A DNA stretch of 64,000 nucleotides from Harriotta raleighana. Its lineage: Eukaryota. This document shows, piece by piece, positions 1 through 13,371 of this stretch. Location: the NCBI GenBank assembly GCA_050575255.1, contig JBNZDD010013723.1, forward strand, positions 7,870,958-7,934,957, written 5' to 3'. The notes under the pieces are model-generated. The model made no database searches and had not been told where the DNA came from. It worked only from the letters and a program-made list of their open reading frames with translations. The position numbers were made by a program, and so were the translations under genes. Position 1 is the stretch's first letter. The number at the start of each line of letters is the position of its first letter.

Positions 1-99
1 ATTCCAACCCCCAGCTCAGATGCAAACCCTTAACTGTCTTGTGTCTTGCAACATCCTTCCAAAGTGAAAGGTGCTATTTAAGTGCAATTTGTTTCTTTA

Positions 100-270
100 C
101 AGTTTACATGAGTTTCAATCCACTGCTCACATCATCCTACATCCTTCTATTCCCCTCTCCCTCATATGAAAGTCTAGTTTCCTCTTGAATGCATCTACAC
201 TGTTTAATTCAAACACTGCTTCAGGCAGTGAGTTCATAATCACATTATCTACTGTGTGATATAGTTCCTC
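100..270 (-). mobile_element. Degenerate CR1-type LINE 3' fragment
   Basis: ...ttcctcttgaatgcatctacactg...ggcagtgagttc resembles the reverse complement of the CR1 3' end at 6830-7060. Confidence 0.45.
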
Positions 271-1602
271 CTAGATCTAATTGGGAAAGGGAAGGGTGAA
301 CTAAAAACTGGAAATGCTGGAAACATGATACTCTTTAACTTTGACTCCAGCCCCATGTCAGTGTCAAAGTTAAAAGAGTATAATGTTTGATATAGGGGTT
401 TTACAAATGGGAGAGAAATGAGTGGGAGTTACTTAACAATGAATTTTTAATAGTGTTATTGTTTTGAAAACTTGTGCAGCACACAGACCATAGTTACAGT
501 ATAAGTATTAGCATCTGGTAATCGTAGAACTGTAAATATGAACTAAAGAATTTTACATTGGCCAGAGTAAACGATACAGAAGACTTTAGCATTTTCTAAT
601 CAGTTTCTACCTTATTCATTGTTCAAATAATTGAAAATGATCATGATTTGTAGTATTTATGAATATTTCTTACTTTTGCCTTTTTACCATTTCTATACAT
701 AGACATGCTGAAAAGTAAATAAAGAAAACTGTTTTTGGTTACTGCTATACTTTTGAATTATGAAATATTTGACTATAATGTACATTTCTTTAATATACTG
801 GAATTGATCTTCCCAGCTTCACATTCAGTTTATGCTCGTGGAAGTGTAAAGATATTGCTTCTAGCAGTAAAGCAATTAAGAGAGGAGAAGTCTGATTTAC
901 ATTTCCTGCTTTTAATTGCAGTGCTCAGGAGCTTAGTCACATTCTTTACATGCACAAATAAGTACATGTGTTGATTTCTGTGAACAAGTGTTAGTTTTTT
1001 TTTAAAAAAAGTAAAGATTTGGTTCAGAACAAGGAGACATGGACTTGGGTTTTGAAGTGGAATGGCAAATGTACAGATTAAACAATCTAATTGTTTTACA
1101 CAAAAGTGTTGAATACATGGATTAGATTACCCTTGGAGGNAGACGGTACAGATTAAACAATCTGATTGTTTTACACAAAAGTGTTGAATACATGGATTAG
1201 ATTACCCTTGGAGGTAATGGAAGCAGATTCCATAAACAAATTCAAGAGGGATTTAGAGAATAATTTGGTAATTTCATTTGAGGAATAAAAGAGAGATTTT
1301 TGCTTTTTTATTAGAAAAAAACTACACTGTTCGTTTAAAATCCTGTATATTCCTGTGTCAGTGAGTGGCTTGTCAATAACATGAAACAATGATTGCGTAA
1401 ATGTTTTCAATGTAGGATGAAGAGCATTTGAAAGCATTTCTGCTTGGAGGGCAAATTGATTCACTTGATTTAATGTTGTAGTCTGCGTTTTAAAGCCAAT
1501 TACTAATTCAAAGCCAAACATTTTTTTTTACAGTTAGGTACCTCATATTTCCATGTATCAAGGTACATAATACTTACAATCATATTGTGAGTCCACAAAT
1601 AA

Positions 1603-1692
<90 letters not shown>

Positions 1693-2013
1693 TAGCTTTA
1701 AATGTGGGAAATGTTTTAGTTAAGAGGGAATAAAGTGGATATGTTTGTATTTTTACACATTGCTTATCTCTTAGCAGCTGGACTTCCTGTAGCATTTGCA
1801 GATATCTGAGAGATCAAAATATCCGTGAAACAACTTTGTTGTGTTTTGCAAAGTACCTAATGGGTGTTCGGTGGGAGGGAGTGAAAGAAAGTACTGTATT
1901 GCTGTTTCATATTTGTCTTCTGGCTAGATTCTGTTTTCCCTTTGCAAGTGTAGAAGTGTTGAATTACATCCTAATTTCTATTTTCATTTTGTATTTCGTC
2001 ATCAATTATCACT

Positions 2014-2372
<359 letters not shown>

Positions 2373-2606
2373 TAAGCAATACAAATGCTTTTTTAGTTTG
2401 TATTTTTTAGCATCAGATGTTGATGAAGAAAACTGCCAGCTGTTTCAACAACAACAACAAAATTGTATTTATAGAGCGCGTTTTACGTCAGGAGGACGTN
2501 CCAATACAAATGCTTTTTTAGTTTGTATTTTTTAGCATCAGATGTTGATTTCTCCAACCATATGTTGTTTTGAATCCTTCAAAGATGAAGAAAACTGCCA
2601 GCTGTT

Positions 2607-3262
2607 TCAACAACAACAACAAAATTGTATTTATAGAGCGCGTTTTACATCAGGAGGACGTCCCAAGGCGCTGGACAGTTGGTTTAAGACCCGAGCAGGG
2701 GGAANTGTTCAGGGTGAGGGGTGGTGGGGGGGAGGGTGGGAGCGAGGAGGGGGTAGAGAGTCGAGAGGGGAGCTGAAGCCACGGTCGAAGAGAAAGGTCT
2801 TGAGACCGGCCTTGAAAGAGGAAAGGGAGGAAGCGAGGCAAAGTCACTGGGGGATAGAGTTCCAGAGCCAAGGGGCTGAGTGGCTGAAAGCCCGGCCACC
2901 AATGGTAGGACGGTTAGGGCAGGGGATGTGGAGCAGACCAGAGCCAGAAGAACGGAGGGTACGGGCAGGTAGATAGAGGGATAGTAGGTCGGAGAGGTAG
3001 GAGGGAGCAAGGCCGTGAATGGCCTTGTAGATAAGGATGAGGATCTTGAATTCGATCCTCTGGGGGATGGGGAGCCAGTGGAGACGGGCGAGGGTGGGAG
3101 TGATGTGGTCTCGAAGCCTGGTGCAGGAGAGTACACGAGCTGCAGAGTTCTAGATGACCTGCAGATTGTGGATGGAGGAGCCGGGAAGGCCTACGAGGAG
3201 AGAGTTCCCATAGTCCAGCCTTGAGGTGATGAAGGCGTGGACTAGTGTTTCAGCAGCAGGTT
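2607..3262 (-). mobile_element. L2-clade LINE 3' fragment with (TTG)n tail
   Basis: caacaacaac tail; minus strand shows degenerate RIEFKIL-type ORF2 C-terminal sequence. Confidence 0.8.
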
Positions 3263-3345
3263 CGATCCCTAGTTATCTTTCTCCCCCAACAACAACAACA
3301 CATTTGTTGAGCATCGTTCATTTCGGGAGGATGTCCCAGAGTGCT

Positions 3346-3890
3346 GAACAACAACAACTTTGATTTATATAGCGCCCTCCACTCCAGACGGCGTCTCAGA
3401 GTGCTTCACAATAGCGGATCCTGGGACCGAGCCAGGGGCAGGGGTAGAAAGGTGATCAAAGGCGCGGTCGAAGAGAAAGGTCTTTAGCTGGGACCTGAAA
3501 CTGGGAAGAGAGGGGTCGAGGTGGAGGGAGTGAGGAAAGGAGTTCCAGAGCCAAGGGCGTAGTGGCTGAAGGCACGTCCATTGAGGGTGGAGCGGAGGAT
3601 TCGGGGGATATGGAGGAGGCTAGACCCGGTGGAGAGAAGACAACGGGTGCTGGTTTGAGGAGAGAGAAGGTCAGAGATGTAGGGGTTGCAGAGGAGTGGA
3701 GGGATTTGAAGAAGGGTGAAGATCTTGAAATCGATCCTTTCAGGGACAGGGAGCCAGTGAAGTCTGGCAAGGACTGGGCTAATGGGGGAGTGAAGTTTGG
3801 TATGGGTGAGAATGCGGGCGGCAGAGTTCTGAATCACCTGGATTTTGTGGATTGTGGAGGAGGGGAGACCGCCGAGGAGGATAAAGTAAA
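3346..3890 (-). mobile_element. L2-clade LINE 3' fragment
   Basis: Minus-strand ORF IQNSAARILTHTK..ISPVLARLHWLPVPERIDFKI..., typical of L2 ORF2 C-terminus; (TTG)n tail. Confidence 0.88.
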
Positions 3891-3989
3891 CTGAGAATAA
3901 AGGGCATTGGAATAGTTTTCCAATGAATAGTCAGGGGTCAGGTCCCGAGCATGGGATATGGGTTTGTGGGTAGGGCCAGGGTTGGGGTG

Positions 3990-4500
3990 AGGGAGGGCAG
4001 ATAAGTAAAATGGCAACTGAAACCACGATTGAAGATGATAGTTTTGAGACCGGTCTTGAAGGAGGCGAAGGATGAAGCAAGGTGAAGGGATTGTGGGATG
4101 GAGTTCCAAAGCATAGAGGCAGAGAGGCTGAAATCCTGGCTGCCGATGGTAGGGTGGGCCCGCACGGAGATATGGAGCATGCCGAGCCTGCTGAACAGAG
4201 GGAGCGGACAGGTTGATAGAGGGTCAGAGAGGTTGGAGGGCCGTGGAGGGCCTTGAAAGTGAGGACAAGGATCTTGAATTTGATCCTCTGAGGAATGGAG
4301 AGCCAGTGGAGTTTGGGATGATCTGCAGCTGATGGAAGGAAGAGTTGGGGAGGCCATACGGTAAAATAGCTGTAGTCGAGCCTTGAGGTGACAAACGTGT
4401 GTGCAATGATTTCAGCAGGCTGAGGGGTGAGGCAGTGTCGGAGATGGGTGATGTTGCGGAGGTAGTGGAAGAGGATAGAGCCCTGAGGAGCACTGCATAA
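3990..4500 (-). mobile_element. L2-clade LINE fragment
   Basis: LWNSIPQSLHLASSFASFKTGLKTIIF remnant; repeats motifs of neighbouring copies. Confidence 0.8.
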
Positions 4501-4539
4501 GATGATGTAGGGGCTGGAAGAGAGAACCTCACATACAAT

Positions 4540-5159
4540 CCCTAACCAGCACGACTTTCTTCCACCTCCGTCAATACCTCACCCAGAAAGCTGACAAAAC
4601 TCTAGTCCTTGCCTTTGTTACCCCCCGGGTAGACTACTCCCAACGCTTTCCTCGCCGTTCTTTCCTCCTCCACCATTCGCATAATTCAGCTCATCTAAAC
4701 GACGACTGCCCGCATTCTCACTCACACCAAACATTGTACCCTGATTACCCCAGACCTTGCCAAATTCCACTGACTCCCTGTCACAGAGTTGATCCATTTC
4801 AAGATCCTCACTCTTGTGTTTAAATTTCTCCACTCCTCAGCAACCCTCCAGCTCTCTCTTCACCGCAGTACCCACTGCCTCTGCTCTGCTGGGTCCAGCC
4901 TCCTCCTCGTCCCCTGTATCCGCTGCTCCACCATCGGCGGGTATGCTCTCAGCCACAAAACCTTGGAACTCTCTCTCTCAATCCCTTCACTGCACCCCCT
5001 CCTTCCCTATCTTTAGGTTGCACCCAAAGACCTTTCTCTTCAACCGCGCTTACAGTCACCTTCCCCCTCCTCCCCTGGCCCGGCCTCTGCCAATGTGAAG
5101 AGCAGTGAGATGCCACCCGGCATGGAGAGCGCTATATAAAAGCAAGTTGTTGTTGTTGT
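4540..5159 (+). mobile_element. L2-clade LINE 3' fragment
   Basis: IHFKILTLVFK...PWNSLSQSL remnant; ends gagcgctatataaaagcaagttgttgttgttg. Confidence 0.85.
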
Positions 5160-6829
5160 ATTTGCTCTTGGAAATGGAAATACTGTAGAAGATGTAAAGA
5201 GGCAAGATGAAACTTACTTGAGCTTTAGGATACAAATCACGCTTTTATCTTGTGTGTTGACCATCAGAGAGAAAATTAATTCCCAAAGCTCTATGGGGCT
5301 CATCTGCCATTTTCACATGCAATTTCAAAGTCTGATGTGAGTGATGTTTCTTTATATAATGCCATTTCTAAATTGAGAAACGCTGCATTATATTTGCACA
5401 TCATATATGGCTACAGTAGTTTAATCTACTTTAATTTAAATCCTTATACAGTATCTAGTTTTGTGTGGGGAAAATATAATTCAAAACTAAATGCAAACTG
5501 CTTTATAATGATAAAATCAACACTGTTGGTGCAAAACTTAATTGCCTTAATTATTAATGATCAGTAAACACAACTTCTGCAATATTTACTCACAAATGTC
5601 TTCAAATTTCCTTTCCCCCCAACGTGCTGTTGATGGCCTATTTATCTTATACCACACCATTTGCTCTGCTACTTTGACACCAATCATAAAGCAGCAACAT
5701 TTTTTTCTTATAGTATGTAATTTCATTTTTAATTGCCATTGAGAGCAGACTTTGAGCTGTGCTTAGACTATCTCAAGCAGGTTGCAAATGGATTCATTCA
5801 GTTGGCCTTGGTGCACGAGGACAATAAAGGAGAAATATATTATTCAGGATTCCTGAATCCTGGTCCCTTTCTTTTGACCCCCAATGTAAGTAAGAAGGAT
5901 GAATGCCAAGTCAGAACAATATTTGAATAAATACTGATGGCCTCAGGGTTGAAGACTCTGCTAATGCTCCTTGTCCAAGCTCACAAACCAAAAACAGCTA
6001 CTTTTGTGAGATACTGGATTGAACCATAACTTAGCATGACTCCCAGCCATCAGCAGAAAATAAGATATAATTGAAGGAGGGAAAACACACTTCAGAGTCT
6101 CAGAAGCAACGAGGAAGCCAATTTATTTCATGTGCAGTGGAATTCTTTGGAAATATTCTTAAGTAGGGGACAATTATTGCCATTGAGCTGTTAAGTTTTT
6201 CAAAAGTGAACTGATTAGTATTCGCTTGAAGTCTAGGATAGGTATAGACTGAAATGAACAGATGCTAGACAGCACACAATAATCTTTAAGCTGCTGGTAA
6301 GAGAGAGAGTGGAGGATGTCTGTGAGGGAAAACAGGATGAAGAATGAGGATAGATTAATATTTTGCAGTTTTTGTTTAATTATCTTTGTGGCTCTGTGGT
6401 AGTTTCCCCCAAGATGTTGGTGGGATGATGTCCAAGATAACAGTAGGTCCTATATTGCTGTGAAAAACACTTTTTATGGAGCTTCCTTAAACCAAGTTTT
6501 GAACTTGCCCTTTAACCTTTGAAATTCATGGAACTTTGAATCTGTTTTAAATCACAGACATGTTGAAAGCACATTGATATTTCAGACTTGTATCTGTTGG
6601 TACTCAAAACGAGACCGCAATTCCGCAGCACGAATTCTGCATTACTGTAGGGCACAATGTACTGTATCTGTTCTAAAGAAGTTTTAAGTTAAGCATGTAT
6701 CTATCAATTGTCCTACTGCCATATGATCACCAATATTTAAAGTATGTATTATGAAAGTCCTCTTCCACTCGTGAGGGTGAGAATGCAGATATTTGTGTTC
6801 ATAAAACTTGAAATAAATTTGTACTTGGC

Positions 6830-7062
6830 ATTCCAGATAGAATTGTTGGGATCTGGAATGCATTGCCTGAAAGGGTGGTGGAAGCCGATTCAAGAATGAC
6901 TTTTAAGAGAGAAGTAGATAGTTATTTGGGAAGGACAGGTTTGCAGGGCTATGGAGAGAGAGTGGGGGAGTGGGATTGATTTGTACAGCTCTTTTCAAGA
7001 GACAGCACAGACACAATGGGCCAAATGGCTGCCATCTGTGCTGTAAAATTCTATGATTTTAT
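6830..7062 (+). mobile_element. CR1-type LINE 3' end
   Basis: tggaatgcattgcctgaaagggtggtggaagc...gggccaaatggct...gtgctgtaaaattctatgatt, a CR1 3' UTR with (TTCTATGA)-like tail. Confidence 0.8.
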
Positions 7063-7440
7063 AATTGCTTTCAACAGCATGTTAATGCTGGATAATGTTT
7101 TTTGCCACTGGTGTACAACATTGGGAATATTCTCAACCATAAAGCTTTGGCAACGTCGATATAAAGGTATGGGATGTTCACCCATTGATGAGATCAAACA
7201 TACAAATTCCTTCAATATTGTGGCTGCTGATTAGCACAAAGATTAAGGGCAGTTAACCGGGGTTACTGTAGGATTTCATTAAAATGTAATGCTGGGCAAT
7301 GCTGTGAAATATTCACACATCCTGCCTATAGTGATTGCAGTCCACAAGAATGGCGTATTAAGTCATTCCTTTGTTCTCCTTTGACACACTCCTACCATAA
7401 TCCACACTCCTGAGTCTCACACCCAGTATCCTTTTATACT

Positions 7441-8200
7441 TCATAGAATGATAGCATATTACAGTACAAATGGAGGCCATTTGCCCCATTGTGCCTGTGC
7501 CAACTTTTTGCAAGAGCTACCCAGTCAGTCCCACTCCCTCATTCTTTCCCCATTGCCTTGCAAATGTTTCCTTCTCAAGTACATATCCAATTCCCTGTTG
7601 CAAGTTGTTATTGAATCTGTTTCCACCCTTTCAGGCAGTGTATTTCAGACTGTTAACTACTTTCTATTTGTATTTTTTAAATTCTCCATTTCCCCTCTGG
7701 TTCTTTTACCAATTATTGTATCTTAAATCTATGTCCCTAGTTACCGACTCCCCAGACAGTAGAAAACACTTTCTCTCTATCTACTCTTATCAAAACCTCT
7801 CATAATTTTGAACATATCTATTAAATCTACACTTAACCTTCAAGACCTTGATGTCTTCCGAAGTGTGGACCCCGAATAGTCAAGTTGAAGCCTAACCAGT
7901 GACTTCTAAAGCTTTAGCAGAACTTCCTTACTTTTGTACTCTATTCCTCTGTTTATAAAGCCAAGAATTGCTTTTTAACTGCTTTTGTCAACCTGTTCTG
8001 CCACCTTAAAAGTATGTAAAACCCCAGGTCGCTCTGTTCCTGCCCACCTCCCATTAAAATTGATTTATCTTATTTTGCCTCTCCTCATTCCTCCTCCCAA
8101 AATATATAATTTCATACTTCTCTGGATTCATTTCCATCTGCCATGTGTCTGCTCATTTCACCAACCTGTCTTGTGTCCTGCTGCAATCTGCTTCTATCCT
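7441..8200 (-). mobile_element. CR1-type LINE 3' portion, degenerate
   Basis: Begins tcatagaat...ggaggccatttgccccattgtgcctgtgcc, the reverse complement of the CR1 tail. Confidence 0.75.
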
Positions 8201-8463
8201 ACAGAGCAAAAAGTTTTGTGTAATGTGCGGATGAACAACAACAACAACAAAATTACATTTATACAGGGATGAAGGGAGCTATATAAATACATGTAGTTAA
8301 TGTTTTGTGATTGCTGATGTCTCCTGTAGTGCAATGGATACAGCAACAACAACAACAAAATTACACTGGAATCAGGGTGCAATCCCAAGAGTATGTTCTC
8401 ACATGTGAACAGTGAACTTGCGTTCCAAATAAAACTCCCTAAGTTGACTGGATATTTTAGTAA

Positions 8464-8697
<234 letters not shown>

Positions 8698-9269
8698 TAA
8701 ATGGAGATAATTCTATGTTGTTTTACCATAAAGGAAAATAACCTTGTGAATTATTGAAGAAATTGTCCCCCAAAAATAGCATTTTGATTTGCATGTGTAT
8801 ATATCTTATTTGCTATAATTTCTGCCTTTGATGTACTACGTTTTAACAACCAACAACAAAATTACATTTATAGTGCGACTTTCACATCGAGAGGACATCC
8901 CAAGGCACTGGGATGTCCTCAATCATGACTCTTATCAAGTAAAAATAGATCATGAAATACAACGATCGCCATCAATGCAGAGATCTTACAAACCATTAAA
9001 TATGTAGATTATCACCTCATTATAAGCATTTGTTATAATCGCACTTGCTGTGTTTGTTAACTACGGTGTTAATTCTCATAATTATGTACAGCATATGTTA
9101 CCATATTTTCTTCTCCCAATGAATGTTCAATTACTGCCCTCCTCAAAATATTCCAATCCCATGAGAAACTGTTTGATATTTCTGCAAAGTGGCTTTTCAC
9201 AAGCTCAGTGGGCAGGCAAATATTATATTGCAGTCACTTTTCCCACCAAAATAAAACAAATAAGAATAA

Positions 9270-9840
9270 TTTAGTCATTTCAATCCACGATTGTCTGTGG
9301 GACACTGCTGTGTGCATTTCGCTGCTGGGTTTTGCGCACACGTATATAGTCAATTCACTTCACAGTACAGTAAAACCTCATTTATCCGTGACTCGATGAA
9401 CCAGAAACCCCGTTGAACCGGAACCTCAAAAAAAAGTTCAGTTTTGATAAACTGGAAGTTATCTGGCAGAATAGTGATGACACATTTAATGAATCGATTG
9501 TCTCACTCGAGTACTGGTTCAATATTTCGGCTGGCCTCTAGTCAAGTCTAAACTTGCTCCTAAAGTCTTTTTTTTACCTCTGTCGATAAATAATAAAGCA
9601 CTAATACAATATTCTGTTATTATTTAGTCTATTATTAATTTGGTATGTGTTCAAATAATTTTTAATTTAAAAAAATTACATTTTTTTAAAAAAATGGAAT
9701 CGGAAAACCATTTAACCGCCACTGACCAGGTCCGTGGGTCCCTGACAACCGGGGTTTTACTGTATATTCTGTGAAGCGCTTTGGGACATCTAGAAGAAGT
9801 GATGAGTTGCTATATCAAATGCAAGGATCATTATATTTAT
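9270..9840 (+). mobile_element. DeuSINE-type SINE split by a MITE
   Basis: SINE reads ...caattcacttcacagTA [MITE] TAtattctgtgaagcgctttggg... Confidence 0.8.
9368..9762. mobile_element. Tigger/pogo-like (Tc1/mariner) MITE
   Basis: TIRs CAGTAAAACC.../...GGTTTTACTG with TA target duplication; same family as 42377-42963. Confidence 0.85.
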
Positions 9841-11099
9841 TATTTGGAGCACCAGCACAGGCTCTAATTTCCCTTTTTTGTGAAACCCTTGGGGGAGGAA
9901 TATCGTCCAGAAGTAGTAACAGAATGTTGCTCGAAACTCTATTCCCAGGGATAAAAGATGTGTTAATGGATGCCGCTGGAAGCAGAGTAGCTTGGTTACA
10001 ATAGAATTGTGATACAACATGCCTCTTTTATATTAGCGTCTTTGAACATGGATTTCCAGGTCTTCAATACAGTTTTGCAAAGTTTCACCCAGAATCCACA
10101 GTATCCATGGCCTTTTATTCTAACCTGTTTGTGTGAGCTGGAAAAACCTTTGCTAGCAACTCCCGTTGGTCACTAAATATATGATCCCTCTCCAAATGAG
10201 TGCTTTGTTTTCGCTCTGCCACTTCCGGATTGCTAATAATAATCCTTTCATTTCATATAGCGCTTTTCACATTTTATCTACGTCTGCTTCACAGAACATA
10301 CTGTAAAGTGAATTGACTGTATATTTGTGGGCGAATGTATATTTGCTACTGAGTGGTTTGCAAATGGTCATTCATTCCAGAATATTGCTGAAATCGTATT
10401 TCCTGAGAACTTTCACAATGAAAAATCTAAACAGGGATCCTTTCCATACCTCAGTATTTTGCCCTTGATTCAACAACAACCACAAGAAATTCTACTTGAA
10501 AAACATCTTTCACGTCAGTAGGATGACCCAAGGCGATGGTATGAAAGAAGACCACCTTGAAAGATTAGGTCAAATGGGCATTGGGGCCATCTTCATCTGA
10601 AACTTTCACGTGATTAGATATGTGATCTTTATACAAGCAGCTGCCTTCTCCTTGTGTAACGCCCACACTGTTTTCTGTAAGATGCTGTGCCAATTGCTGT
10701 CCCAGATAGCCAAGTTGGTAAATTTGCAAATTAGTGAAATTTCCACCACCTGTCTTTTTGGTGATAACTACTATTCTGTCCTTCAGTCTTTACTATTTTA
10801 GATTTCAGATAATACATTTTAGTGCCCCGATTTTTAAAATGAAATCATCCGTGGCAGCTTGCTATTTAAGTGATTCAATCTGGCAGCAAAGTCCTTTGTA
10901 ATGTGAATAGTACTCCCCATAAAGGCTGAGGCAGTGGAAAACATTTAGCGATATCTTGCATCTGTGCATTTACCTAGTCTGATATCGATTATCATGGAAT
11001 TAACGTTGCATGAGAGAGTTACTCTTTTCTCCTGCCCTCCCACCGCCCACAAAGCAGTAGATTGTCCCCTCAGCCCCCAGTAGGCTGTTGATTATCACT

Positions 11100-11520
11100 G
11101 TTGATGTGTGACTGCTGCCCACATACTTACCCGGACAAACTCTGTACCCCCATTTCACCAGTTCTGTCCAGGCTCCACCCAATCCCCATCCCCGAACAGA
11201 TCGACTTTCAAGATCTTCACTTGTGTTCAAATCCATTCACTCCCTGGCACCTCCCTAAATCTCCGACCTCCTTACTCCCTAATCCACCATATGGTGCATC
11301 TGCTCAACTGACACCGGCCTCCTGCTTGTTCCTCGTATCCTTCGCTTCACTTTTGAAGGTTGCGCTTTCAGCCACTACGCACCTCAATCCCTCCACCTTG
11401 CCCGCATTCTCCCATTTTTCAAATCATGCCAGAAAACCTTTTTGACTGTATTCACGATCCCCCACCCCGGCTTGGGAATCATGTTCCAACACTGTATAAG
11501 TGTGCAAAGTATTGTTGTTC
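11100..11520 (+). mobile_element. Degenerate L2 LINE fragment
   Basis: TAAHILTRT/PISPVLSRLH/IDF remnants in the ORF track. Confidence 0.7.
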
Positions 11521-11548
11521 TAATGTAAATTATGATTTTCAATTTCAG

Positions 11549-11621
11549 ATGAAACTGAATATGAGTACAGTGGGAGTGAAGAAGAAGAGGAGGAGTTGCC
11601 TGAGCAAGAAGGAGAGCCAAG
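11549..11621 (+). CDS. MAP4K4: MAP4K4 exon (DETEYEYSGSEEEEEELPEQEGEP)
   Basis: tttcag|ATGAA...CCAAG|gtaatg; 73 nt. Confidence 0.96.
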
Positions 11622-12037
11622 GTAATGTTCAGCATTATTGTTTATAATTGCTTTGTGCACATTTAAATCATGGAGGACTAGATAGCACTTTTCTCAGTGG
11701 TCAATCATGGAGCAAATGCATCTGTGACCAAATTGTAATACCGCTTGTTGAGGGCACCAATATATTTTGGCTTTAATAACAGTCTTCTGTGTTGGTCTTC
11801 ATCTTCTATGTAACAGCACCAGTGACACAAATATTGAGGTGTAATCAATAAACTGGCTATGCACATTTAATGTTGCTGTTTATTGTTGCTGCATTGGTTG
11901 CAAAACAACAACATTACATTTATACAGACGGTTAAAGAGTTAAGTTTGTCTCCAGCTCTGGAGAGGATAGCTGGAGAGGAAAGCTCAAAATATACTGTAT
12001 TGGGTTCTAATAATTTGGGAAATCTATGACTATTATA

Positions 12038-12270
12038 AAACAAAAACAGAAGTTGCTGGGAAATCTCAGCGGGTCAAGCAGCATCCATGGAGACAGGAAA
12101 GTGAGTCAACGTTTCGGGTCCACGACCCTTCGTTAGTTCTGATGAAGGATCATGTACCCGAAATATTGACTCACTTTCCTTTCTCCATCGTTGCTGCTTG
12201 ACCTGCTGAGTTTTCCCAGCAACTTCTGTTTTTGTTTCAGATTTCCAGCATCTGTAGTATTTTGTGTTTT
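12038..12270. mobile_element. Palindromic non-autonomous element (Penelope-like inverted termini, typical of chondrichthyans)
   Basis: ~100-bp arms: aaacaaaaacagaagttgctgggaaa...cttcgttag / ctgatgaagg...ttcccagcaacttctgtttttgttt; degenerate relatives at ~300-390 and 50281-50376. Confidence 0.7.
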
Positions 12271-12719
12271 GTTTATGATTTTATTATTCCTTGCTGGCAC
12301 ACAAGAGATATGAGACTAACTAATATAACTTGATTGTTTTTATATGGGAATCAAAGGATTGAGTAAATCAGTTCAGAACAAAAGGCAAAATCTTTCTGAC
12401 CACGATGGATGTCTTTATGTGAACATTTGCTTTGAAGAGCAAAACGGCCCAAAGTTTGTGAAAGTGCAGAAGCTGAGTAATGGAACACACTTGAGAGACT
12501 GCTTCATTATTGAATATGGATTGAGATTTGTAGATTATAGTTATCCAACAACAGAAGGTGCACAGTTAAAATACTATACAGTATATCCTGTATAGGCTTA
12601 TTGACACATCCTGTTGTGAAAGGTGCAATGTCAAATGCGAGGATTATTGTATTCTGCTGCCTGTCCAGCTAGGACTATCCTATTATTATATAACAGTGGG
12701 AAAATGTCAATTCTTGCAG

Positions 12720-12930
12720 CTCAATTGTTAACGTGCCTGGAGAATCGACTCTTCGTCGTGATTTCCTGCGATTGCAACAGGAGAATAAGGAACGTTCCGA
12801 AGCTATGCGCCGGCAGCAATTGCTTCAGGAACAGCAGCTCCGAGAACAAGAGGAGTATAAAAGGCAGCTGCTAGCTGAGCGCCAAAAACGCATAGAACAA
12901 CAAAAAGAGCAGAGACGGCGGCTTGAAGAG
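12720..12930 (+). CDS. MAP4K4: MAP4K4 exon, coiled coil ([27 protein letters not shown]...RRRLEE)
   Basis: ttgcag|CTCAA...GAAGAG|gtaaga; 211 nt. Confidence 0.96.
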
Positions 12931-13371
12931 GTAAGAGCTGAAACCCTCAGGTGCAGTTTGAAGCAAGATGACCTGAAAATGTGACTGAATGGTAACGATG
13001 TCTTACCTCTTTTTTTCCCCCAAAGTGCATATTCTCAAATGGGAGTTCAAAAATAATCATTTGAAGTTGGGCAAAAGACAAGATGTGTGGTATTGAACTG
13101 AGAAATAACACTCCTATCCAGCCTGTTCTATTTCTCCATCCACCAGCCAACCCCCTTTTCTGTGACTGAGAGATGAATTAATGTTAACAGTGTACCAGTC
13201 ACACATCAATTTAAACACAAAGTATCTTCTTCATTCAATATATTTTAATCCAATAAGAATTTGTATTTTGATCGCATTTCAAGTAGACAGTCACAGAGCT
13301 TTAATTATTGTCAAGTTTAATGAGCAACTTGCCTCCAAGACTACTAACCAAATAATATTTAACAATGATTA

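Noticed and set aside
2542-5098. Many overlapping 70-150 aa ORFs
   Set aside because: By-products of GC-rich L2 fragments; only short RT C-terminal remnants, with no intact element.
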